A DNA stretch of 62,175 bases, counting the filler, from Dugesia japonica (Eukaryota): assembly GCA_001938525.1 (NCBI GenBank). It is 5 parts of 5 records of this genome, joined end to end, with 100 filler letters (N's around TTAATTAATTAA, not from the genome) between each part and the next. Parts side by side here need not be neighbours in the genome. Positions count along the whole stretch, not along the records: positions 51,047 to 62,175 come from MQRL01620370.1; 4 more parts are not named here. The stretch is one strand, 5' to 3'. The notes beneath the pieces were generated by a model, which saw only the letters and a list, made by a program, of their open reading frames with translations, did not search any database and had not been told where the DNA came from. A program made the position numbers and the translations under genes. Positions 51,047 to 62,175 of the stretch are shown here, piece after piece (positions within the stretch are counted from its first letter, which is position 1; each line of letters begins with the position of its first letter).

Positions 51047-52050
51047 TTCTATTTCATCTCTAATAACGCAATTTAATTTCACTAAAGGATTTTTGATCAG
51101 ATTTTGTCTTTCTTTTATCTGATTTGCTATAGTTTTTAATTCGTTCAACAAACTCATAACTATTTTTCAAATGTGCTGGAACAAAATTCAAATTCCAGTT
51201 TCCATAAATTTTTTGTAGAGGCTCCTAATAATTTTGTTGCTAGGAATATTTTCCCTTTTTATGCTCCCTACGAATTTGGATTCACAATTGATGTCGAATC
51301 ATAATCACTTTAATTTTCTTTTTGGTTTTCCGAATATGACAACAAATGGCAATTTGTTATACGTAAGCTAAATGCAAGCTTCAATGTCAATATATATATA
51401 TATATATATATATATGCATCATACAATCTAAAATCTCAAATAATCTGCCATAAATTTGCATAATGAATTAGATGGAGTATTACAAGCATTGATAATAGGT
51501 CTTCCTTTCATTGTTGTTTTATGATCTTTAGGAACACAGTACATATATGATGGAACTGATTCATGACATTTAACTGCTGAAAATAACGATTTTATTCGGT
51601 CTTCATATTTCTCTGCAATTTTAATAAATTCTTTATTAAATTTACTCTTTTCAGTAATTGATAGTCTTTTATGAATGATGATCTCATAATTATTCAGATG
51701 TTCAAAAACGAAATCCTCGTATATCTGTTCAGCAAAGTTACCAATTTGCTTTATTTTTTCTGGTGGAGTGATGATGATTTATTTCAAATTCTTTATTTCT
51801 TTAATAATTTCGTTCTCAATATTTTTAGATTATCTATTCTTGTTATATTTATAAGTTTCTAAAAGTTTATTTTTGAGTTCCTCTATATTATTATTAATTT
51901 TTGTAATAGAATAAGTGTACGTTGGTATCATCCTTCTGAATGATTGTTTATACTTTTACTTTGATGTGAAAATTGAAGAATTATCTGGTGTTTTGAATGT
52001 TATGTTTTCTAGTCTGTGTAATTGGCATTTAAAACAGTAAATGGAAGCTT
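51047..52050 (-). mobile_element. Penelope-like RT N-terminal remnant
   Basis: VPSYMYCVPKDHKTTMKGRPIINACNTPSNSLCKFMADYL matches the PLE P..YGLPKIHK..RPII motif. Boundaries are approximate. Confidence 0.7.
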
Positions 52051-52659
52051 CAATCATTGTAATATTGGAAGAGTCAGAGGCTTCTAAATTTGTAGAAATT
52101 TAGCTGGGTCCTTTATTTAATAATTCAATTTGTCTGTCAGAAAATTTATATTCTGTTAAAGCTTGGAAAAGAAGAACAGTTGTATTGTTTGTAACATCTC
52201 AGTGTAGATTTATTTTTATTTTTATTTTATATTCTGTTTCAGTTTTCTCAGAAAGTAGAGTTCTCAATTTCTTTTGTTTGTTGAGATCATTAATGTTTGT
52301 AAATTTTCCATATGTTTCTTCATCTTCTTTATTTAGAGGAAATGGTAGTGGTTTATATTTTATCAAATAATTAAGTTCCCTATACAGTCTTTTACGAAGA
52401 AGCGTTTAGATAGTTTAGAAGTTTAGATAGTTCTTTGGATTGATGACAATGAAGAGAAAATTTAAAACCATTCTTGAGTTTGTTTGTTTAAACATAATAT
52501 TAAACATAAAAAACATTAATATATAGGGATTTGAATTAAAATTTAAATCCAACCCAATCATGCGGGATAATTTTGAAATGAGGGGCCCACAGCTCAAAAA
52601 ACGGTCATTGTTTTCGAGTTAAAGGGTCGAGTTCAGGTTGGGCACACTCCAGATTATAT

Positions 52660-53200
52660 ATATTATATAAATATATATGCATGTAAATATTTTATCATTA
52701 TTATCTAACTTCAAGCACAATCGAATAATTATATTCAAAACGGAAGCACCTTTGATCATCAAATTACAAAAACCACGACAAATGTTTGTTGTTCCAAATG
52801 CATTTGTGATGGTAGAAATATATGCAATAAGAAAAATGTCACTTATAAAAAAACATGCACCATTTGGCAAGAAACATATATAGGTGAAACATGCAGAACC
52901 ATCCAAACAAGAATTAAAGAACAACTCAAACAAAAGAAAGTGAAGTCTTCAAACACTTTCAACACAAACATAAAATTTCACCAGAACAACATCACATTAC
53001 ATGGAAAACACTAAAAACAGGTTACATTTCCACACTTCATGGTCAGAAACATGAATAATTACTAATTAAAGAAGATATTCCTAAAATCAATGTAATTAAT
53101 AATAATTAAACAATTAAAATTAAAAAAATTAAAATTAACCAATTAAAATTTAGTAAATTAAATTTATTCAAAAAAATATTTCTATTGTAAAAATAATTCT
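52660..53200 (+). mobile_element. Penelope-like GIY-YIG remnant
   Basis: NVTYK..CTIWQETYIGETCRTIQTRIKEQ; inverted homolog at 58215-58760. Confidence 0.75.
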
Positions 53201-56200
53201 TGAATAAATCACAAAGGTCAATAGATTGATGCAATTAAATAAAGAATTTATATTAAATAAAACTGAACTAACATTTTGGAAAAGAGTTTTTTCAAATATA
53301 AAGTCACCTCACTTTATTAAAACACAGTAGTATATACACATTATTATTTTAAAATGCGCACTTTCATTAAATCGTTTCGATAAAAATTGAGTACTCCGTT
53401 AAATAATTAAATAAAATCCAAGCTTCGTGTAAATATCTAATCTCAATTAATTAATTTTGCAACTTTATAACGATAAATAATCTAAATTTCTTTTTGATAA
53501 GAAACTATGATATTATTTTACGATTTCATTTTTTTTCCAAATTCAATTATAAACGTGAAAAATGGTCATAGACGTTTTATGTGGATTTCCATTGAGAATT
53601 GTAATATAATCGCTCAAGGAATTATATTAGAAAACTTATATACGAAGTGTTTATTTTTTATAACAATTTTTTCCTTTAAATTAATTGCTGATTTCAATAA
53701 AAATAGTGTAAAATAATAAAAATTTCAATTTGAAACAGATATTTTCCAGTTAATAAATGACAAATGGAATTTTTGCTTTTAAAATAATTTGTTTTACTAA
53801 TCAGATAAATTGCAATAGAATTTGACAATCAACCAGTGAGAGTGCCGTTAATTTTCATTTCTAATCAGCTTATCAGTTTCCTTTATTGTTTTATTTCATT
53901 TTTTCCTAAAATTCGGAAGGAAAGTTTTTTAATTAATTTTTTAAATAATTATATTTAAAGTATTTATTTATTTTCAGTATATCAGATGAATAAATGAGTA
54001 GTAGTATGTTTAATGTGATTATACGAGTGTATTATTAATTAAAATAAACTGCAAGAAAGTTGAGTTGTACCATTTAGAATCGGTAATAACAAGTTTCATG
54101 CATTCGTTGCATTTTACTAAGAGGAGGAAATTTCGATTGATTGGAATATGATGAAACCAGAGATCAATAATGATGGCTGTATGTTTTGAAAAGCGAGTTG
54201 AAATTTGTGTGTGGTTGGAGATCATTTTTCATTAAATCTTATTTAAAAATATTTAAATTTTAGATGAAAATTTAATTAACGTATCAGTATTTGTTTCAAA
54301 ATTTTAAATGACGATTTAATATTAAAGTAAGAATTTTGTGTAAAATTTTAATATTTGAAAAATGATCATCAATTAAAACAGAATTTTAATTTGTTTGAAT
54401 AAACAAATAGTGTTGAATATAGTTTTGTTTTGTAAAAAAATCTTTTATGGAAATGAGTTTTGACATTAATGATCCGATGAGTACTTCAAACTCATCTAAC
54501 CATGGCAAAACAAGCTTTTGACGACTTCGAACACCATACATTGAGAAATCAATATATAAAGCTGATTGAACATTTACATTTTGTGATAATTTTGTATCTG
54601 ATCGTGTTTTAACAGGGTACTCCGAGACGCTTTAGGCGAAGGTCAAAGTAGTGCATTGGTACATGTAACCATTTGTGATATTAAATATACCTTTATTATA
54701 ATATCGTAATACCCCTCTCTCCGATGGCAGAGTGAGCTATTATTTTGGATTATTGATTTTGGTTGAGAAAAAATTTTTAAAAATCGATCGATAACTTTTT
54801 CAAAATTTTTTAAAAAACTGGGTGTAATTTTTTTCAACGGATTAAATTTTGTATCTGTGCACCTGCACATTTTGGTGCTTTTTTCAATAAAGCTAATCTA
54901 TACAAAACACTTTACCACATTGTAAATTTATCGACCCGATTTTAAAAGTTTTCCCAACCAAAGTCAATAATCCAAAATACTAGCTCACTTTACCGCCGGG
55001 GGGAGGTGGTGAGTCAGTGCGCTAATATTACTTATTTTAAATTCGTTGTCTTATTAATAATATTTCAAATTGATTTGTTTTAATTTATTATATTGTTTAC
55101 TTTAACAGTTTTTCTTTGTCTTTCTACTATTATATTACGATTTTCTGTGTATTTTATTGAAAAGGCATATATTTTACTTTACAAATAAACTATACCATCA
55201 ATTATAAACAATATTAAAAATAGTTTTTAAAAAGGCGTTTTTTTTAAAAATGAAAGTTTAATATTTGCACAAAAATAGTGAATTGCATAAAACAATCTAA
55301 TAAAAATAGCAAAGAATATAAAAACATAAGTAAAGTACGAGAAATAAAAACAAGACGAAATTATTAATGAACTTTTTACCACATTTGATCGGAAATAAAA
55401 GATATAACACCCATATCGAGTTAACTATAAAATCAACAAATAATCATTTTAAAATAAATAAGATTAATAAGCAAAGGTTTAGATTGGGAAATAAGAAGCA
55501 AGGACGAAAGAAATCCAGACAAAAAATACTGTTTAACCTAAAAAATCTATGAGAATTAAAGAGAATAAATATTTTGAGTAATCAATTGAAAAAGAGAAAT
55601 TGGATCGGAAAAAATAAAAATAAAATATAAACTAAAAAAACCAAAGAAAATATATTAAAATACGAAATTAATATTAGATGAATAGAAAACCAAGCATATA
55701 CTAATTACAGATGAGAATCATCAGAAATGAGGAACTCATTCAAGCCATCAATAAGCAAGAATAAGAAAAAGGATTTTAAAAACAAAAAAATGATTAAACA
55801 AGAATTCAAATGAACTATTCTAAAAAGGTAAAATTGCGACATAAAATCAGAAAATGTTTACTAAGAAAAATCATTATTAGGGAAAATTTTGTCAAAATAA
55901 AAAAAATTTGAAAGGATAATAAAACAAATCAAAATCAAATTATTCATGAGAATCAGAAAAGAACAACTAGAAGACAGGAAATAGAATAATTGTAAAATTG
56001 AATAAATAATTAAATATTAATAAAAATAATTCAAAAGAATCAGAAAAAAATAATTGGAAATATAAATCTATGAATTATGATGATGAACAATGATAAATTA
56101 AGGAGATATGATTACACAGATTATAAATTTTCTATGGAATTGAGTTTTGACATTAATGATCCGATGACTATTTCAAACTCATCTAATATGGTTTGAGACA

Positions 56201-58214
56201 TTTAAATTTTTTGATATTTCTACCAAAGTTCTTAACGAAAATATTTTAATAAATAATTTACTTAACTTCATAAAATAAGTGAGGAATTTTAAAATTTCAA
56301 ATATTTGAAAATTAAGTATTAATAATTAATTTTACATTAATAACTTGGTTCAATAAAAATAATTTTGTCGCATTAATTTTAAAATTTGAAATAATTTTAA
56401 AAAAATAATTGTTTGGAATGATTTTTAAATAAACGTTTAAATAATTTTATTTGTATTAAAATCGTTTTTGGTGAAATTTTTCGAAAATTTATTTAAAAAC
56501 ATTTTTGGTTAATTATGAAATTTTTTCAAAATAATAATTTTCTAAAATTTATTGTTTTTGAATGTTTTAAAACTTCGGTGAGAATTAAATAAAAATGTTT
56601 AGCTTGTTTTAAAATTTGTTTTACAAAACCAACTTATAGTTTGTGTTTTGTTTTGTCTTGAATAAATCTTGGAATGAAAAGTGTTCATTTTTTAAATGCA
56701 AAGACTAGAATGTTAAAGATTCATTTAACAACTTTTGTTATTAATGATACTTTGATTTTTAACATATTAAAGAAAACATTTTCTTTAATCATAGAATACA
56801 CGAACCTTTTATGTTTTAAAGTACTGATTTATATAATAAATCATCAAGATGTTTCCTAATAGATTTCAATTTTTAATAACAAAAAGGATATTTACATAGA
56901 GAGTATTTGTAGAAAAATGCAATTCAAATCAAAGTGTCTTATATATGATTATTACATCTACATTAACGTCATAAGAAAATTTCTAGATGAAAAAACGACT
57001 TTTCCATTAATTGAAAATGATTTAAAATAATAAAAACAAAATATTTGAAGTTTTCTATTTATTTTATTTTATTTTGTTTTTTTATTTTTTTTATTTTCCA
57101 CCAAAATTAAAAAATTATTTTAATTATTCAATGAAACTGAAATTTACATAAATTTTACAATTTCACGTTAAATAAATTCTCCTTTTATGTCGAATATATC
57201 CCCCATTAGACAGCTGTTATCCAGACTTGATCCCGTTCGATGAAGCACTGAGATTAAGATAGTGATGCGTTTGATAAATTAATACAATAAAATGATGATG
57301 CCTTCTGTTTTTTCATGATACACTGATAGATATATCGGGGGCACAGTCAAATGATCGATTTCATTTTGTAATTTTTATTGGAAAGAACTGAAATGGATGT
57401 TAACTGTGAAATTATCCCATCAATCAATCAACTAAACTGGCTTCAATTTATGTAAATTGTAGGTTTTTTGATCTAAAAATTGGCAAAGATGAATTTTTTT
57501 TGAACAACAAAATACTACTTAATTAATTAATGAAAATAAAAAAAAGTTATTTTAAGAATTTGCCTATAAATTTATCAATAAAATCTCGAAAATTATCAAG
57601 TAAAAATTCTTATTTAAAATATTTGATAAAAAAGAAACATTTTTAAAAATCCATTTTTACGTTGATTTAAATAAGGGTTTTTCTAAACTTTTCATGTGAA
57701 CAGAAATTTAAAAATTTTATGACTAATATGAATAAAATCCTTTTTCCCAGGGGCATACTTTACTTATAATTTTCAACAATTGGTTTATTGATTATTTAAT
57801 GAACTTGGATAGAATANNNNNNNNNNNNNNNNNNNNNNNNNNNNNNNNNNNNNNNNNNNNNNNNNNATTTTTAAAAATCCATTTTTACGTTGATTTAAAT
57901 AAGGGTTTTTCTAAACTTTTCATGTGAACAGAAATTTAAATGAAACACGGCAAATAATAGTCTGTAGATTTACAGAAGAAATGACTGTATATATCTGGTT
58001 AATTCAACATTATATTTACTACTTTGTTGCACTCATCGACTAGACTAGGAACTAGAAAAAAAATTGTATCGCTGTTAAACAAATAGAATCGCGATTATAT
58101 TAATTATCTGACCATTACAAATAAATATATAAATTTAATTGAAATATTTATACGTATTGCATTTGTATTCATTAACACAGTTTGGAAAACCTTAATTGAA
58201 ATAATAAAATTTTA

Positions 58215-58760
58215 TTAAAATAAAAGCTTCGATCAAATTATGCTTGTTTTTGATATCATTTCAAATTTTTGACTTTGCTCTCGTCAAAAATTGAAATTTT
58301 GATTTATTCAATATTTAATTTTATAATAGAAATATTTTTTTAGATTAATTTATTTTAATGAATTTTAATTGGTTAATCATAATTTTTTAAAATTTTATTT
58401 ATTTAATATTATAAATTACATTGATTTAAAGAATGTTTGAAGACTTCATTTTCTTTTTGTTTCAGATGTTCCTTAATTCTTTATCAAATGGTTCTACATG
58501 TTTCACCTATATATGTTTCTTGACAAATGGTGCATGCTATTTTATTAGTGACATTTTTCTTATTGCATATATTTCTACCGTCACAAATGCATTTGGGACC
58601 ACAAACATTTTGTTGTGGTTTCTGTAATTGGATGCCTAGAGAGCCTTGCGTTTTGAAAGTAATTATTGGATTGTGTTTGAGTTTAGATTTTGTTTATTAT
58701 ATTTTGCATGACTTGTCTACATTTCTCGTTAATAAAAGGTAATTTAATAACTGTGTTGGT
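58215..58760 (-). mobile_element. Penelope-like GIY-YIG remnant with terminal repeat
   Basis: NVTNKIACTICQETYIGETCRTI**RIKEH. The 3' tail is related to 9490-9582. Confidence 0.75.
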
Positions 58761-61067
58761 TTTTGGTAATAAAATTTGTAAATATATCTATTATAAATAT
58801 AGAATGATAAAATATGTATGTTTGTCTGAGTATATAAATGTGCGTCTGTATAATTTTTTAGTAGTATTATTATGCCAAAAAACACTTCATTTATGATTTT
58901 AATTTAATCGTTTAATGTACAGTTTTTATGTTTTAAATTACTCCATTTAAACTAATAATACTAATGACTGATTAACACATTGCATGAGGGTATGTTTTGC
59001 ACATATTCATAGACTGTTTGCCATGGATTCATGTTTTGGTATTCTTTACACATATGATTCGGGGGTCTCTGGTTCTTAAGTCCTGCTTTCAAGTTATTTA
59101 TGAGTAATTCTATTCAAATCTACTAAATACGTACTTTTATGTGACCTGCGTTTGACTGAATAAAAGCGTTAAAGTACGTTACCTAAATGCATTGTTTAGA
59201 AACAATGATATGTAAAAAATAAAGTACTCATTTAAAAAATTAGAACAAATTTAAAAAATGCTAAAATCAAATCTTCCAAACAGGATAATTAAAGCAAAAT
59301 ATGATAATAAATAAAATTCAAAAATAATAAATACAAAAACTAATTATAAAAACTCTATAAAAAGTTTCACTGATATAAATTTTGGCAAAAGTCGAATATA
59401 TCTTAACTGCTTGTCGGATTTTTTATAGAAGAATGAGAAGTGAAAAAGACAGCTAATCTAAAAAAGGAAAATGATGACGATGTCATTACATCCAAATCGA
59501 TTGAGCAATCTACCGAAGACTCATATTCCTTTTTAGTACTCTGGCATTATTCTAACTATTCTTTGTATATTCATCTTTTCATAATCTCTGATTGTCAATG
59601 ACAAATTGGTTTATTTGATAACGTAATCTTCCTAATTGTAAGAATGGTCGCCATCTGATTGATTTAAATGTAAATGTGAATAATTTTCAATTTAGCAATA
59701 TGTATATTTTAAAATAATTTTTTAAAAGAAATAATAAAATTACGTATTTAATATTTAAGTAATTTCATTATGCTAAGAGTTAAAAATGCCACAAACTAGA
59801 TTTATATTCGATTTACTGTGTACCAAAAGATCACAAAGCTATTCTGAAAGGAAAACTTATTGTCAAGGCTACTGACACTCTTTCTACTGCATTATTTAAA
59901 CTCATGACATATTTACTAAGATTAATATTAAGGTTTACTCGGGAACATTTGACAATAGTCAAGATTTTGTAAAACTGTTGGGATTTTAGGCTTTGATGTT
60001 TAGAATCTGCCCTTTAATCTCACTATTATTTATTATTCTCACAATTAATAAACACTTTGCTTCTACTTCTGTCTAGGGGCATACCTAAAATCCTCAAGTA
60101 TTTATAACACCTCTGTGCCATGTAACGTCTATTTCAAGTCCCATGAGACTTTATGATATCTCGTCTTGATTCCAAGGATGTTAGCTGACAACAATCGATT
60201 ATGCTCAATATTATTATTTAATTTCTTCCACCAACGTACTTTCCTTAATGTACTCATCCAATATTAAAACAAACACAATTTGCAAAAATAAAATTAGCAA
60301 AACAAAACAAGAACAAAGACAGTGCTGTCTTTAAATAAATTATTTAATATCATCTTGATTAACTTTTCAATCTCTTTGAATTTTCAGTAATAAACTGCTA
60401 TTTTCACTTTGATCTCAAAGTTTTATGTGCTAAAATTATTTACTTTCACTTCGATAACTTTGAATTTTCAGTGATGAATAATTTTATATTTATCAATTCG
60501 CATTTTTTGTGATAAATTACTAATTTCACTTTAATCTCTTAGAATTTTCTGTGAAAAATTATTTAAATTCTTTTGATCAATGCAAGTCTTCCGTGAAAAA
60601 TCATTTAATATCATTTAAACACACAGAATCTTTTGTGATAAATTATTCAACTTCTTGTTGGCTGCTTCAAATTTTTTGTGATAAAATAAGTTTCATTTCA
60701 TTTTCAGCATTATCATCATTAGGAGTAACTTGCCACTCAGATTAAGTTGAATTAAATTAAAGTCAAATTACTTTTTGGTTATCTTCAATTTTATTTGCTG
60801 CTGGATCAATTGTAATCAATATAACATTTAAAATCATTTTTAACAATAGCGAGATTTTTCGTAAAAATGAATTTTGTAAGTTAGTCTGTCTAACGACAAT
60901 GTGTGATTCTCTCTGCTTGAGGATTGATGTATTGTTTCTTCTGTCAATTAGTCACCAGCTACTATTAACAAATAGCCAACTACAAATCAATAATTGAATT
61001 ACAGGCTTGCACTTGCAGTTAATCACTCACACACAGGTACTTGCAATTATTAACTGATAATTTTATT

Positions 61068-61219
61068 TTTTCATCATTTCAGATCAAATCCCTAAATAAC
61101 CGGCTCTCTGTCTAACATCAGCAGAATTTAGAAGTATGTAGAATTTTCATCATTTCAGATCAAATCCCTAAATAACCGGCTCTCTGTCTAACATCAGCAG
61201 AATTTAGAAGTATGTAGAA
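61068..61219. repeat. Perfect 76-bp tandem duplication at the LTR/flank junction
   Basis: TTTTCATCATTTCAGATC..GTATGTAGAA occurs twice. Confidence 0.85.
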
Positions 61220-62175
61220 TTTCTTGTTATGTTTAATAACACACGTTTTTGTTTTAGGTTTTAGAGCAATTAAATATTATAATTATAATATAAATACAAA
61301 AATAACTGATAATGAAATAAATTTTATTATAGTTGTTGTTTTATAACTAAAAGAAACTAAATAGACAAAATATATTTTAAAAAACTGCCGACTACATATT
61401 ATTTCGATTAAACAACATCTATTTCTACATCCCCTTCTCGAATTTATTCTTTGCATTTAGGATTTACTTTTTGATCTCGAATTGGGTAGCGCCTGTCTTT
61501 ACTTTCGGTTTTCTGTAACTCTAATGTATTAGGTCTCGTTGTTCCACTGATGATTGATTCAGAATTGTAATTAGTTTGACGAATCTTTCCCTTGAACTGT
61601 TTTACTTGGTGAATATTCCTTGTTATTCTTTTATTGTTCAGTAAAAGCTCTAAATTATTATTAGGTAAAATATTAATAACTTTCCATGGTCCTGAGAATC
61701 TCTTCGTAAGCATATCCCTCTCGTTCGATTTTACCATAACCAAATCTCCTACTTTAGCTTTGTTTTGTTCTGTTCGTAGTTCTTCCAGTATTTTTAGCTG
61801 GTTTCTTTTCTCAATATTGTTTTCTGCAAACTCTTTCTTTGCCTAATCGTTGGTTTTCTGATTCTTTATTTCTCCTGAACCGATCCTAGTGCTTAATCTC
61901 ATTTCAGTACCAAATATTATTTCGAATGGTGAAATATTATGTTTCTTTGATTTAGCTGATCGCATGCTCATTTCTGCAAATGGTAAAGTTTCTACCCAAT
62001 TTTGTTTATTCAATTGGCTCATCGTAAATATTTTATCACTTTGCCGTCCATTTCCCTCATGGTAGTATGGAGACGAATATGATTGACTTATCTGTAGCTC
62101 ATTGCATAATCTGTTCATTGATGATGACTTAAATTGTGTTCCATTATCTGAATGAATGATTTTAGGAATTCCAAA
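61213..62175 (-). mobile_element. Ty3/gypsy element 3' part: integrase remnant, polypurine tract and 3' LTR (61213-61429)
   Basis: FGIPKIIHSDNGTQF, SSPYYHEGNG, SPFEIIFG and VGDLVMV..RFSGPWKV. PPT GAGAAGGGGA is followed by an LTR bounded by TGTAGAA..TTCTACA. Confidence 0.88.

Noticed and set aside
57637-57940. 73-bp direct repeat
   Set aside because: The copies flank an N gap, typical of unmerged overlapping contig ends.
59975-60240. Possible solo LTR (TGTTGG..CCAACG)
   Set aside because: Imperfect terminus and no convincing TSD.

Overview
AT-rich animal genomic scaffold made of five contigs joined by artificial N-TTAATTAATTAA-N linkers (10776, 19609, 41809, 50991), so adjacency across these points is unproven. 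The 5S rRNA sequence resembles freshwater planarian (triclad) 5S as I recall it; this host assignment is unverified. Two host genes are recognisable: a SAM-less SAMHD1-like HD-domain dNTPase (1370-3033, +) and the first exon of a lysosomal beta-mannosidase (20403-22258, -). The rest is mostly decayed mobile DNA: Tigger/pogo, hAT and a hAT MITE, several Penelope-like remnants, gypsy LTR pieces, and a Polinton/Maverick cluster (major and minor capsid, packaging ATPase, core proteins, polymerase fragment, an IAP-like gene and intron-containing accessory genes). The key observation is in contig 41865-50946. Two neighbouring 5S rRNA genes of a 203-bp tandem repeat are each interrupted at the same position (nt 56/57, inside box A). 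One is preceded by the 3' end of a NeSL/R5-type non-LTR retrotransposon with a restriction-like endonuclease. The other is followed by a more than 7.7-kb 5' region encoding Ulp1 protease domains and gypsy-Gag-like zinc knuckles. This suggests a large 5S-rDNA-specific RLE retrotransposon. All calls are by eye, without database searches.
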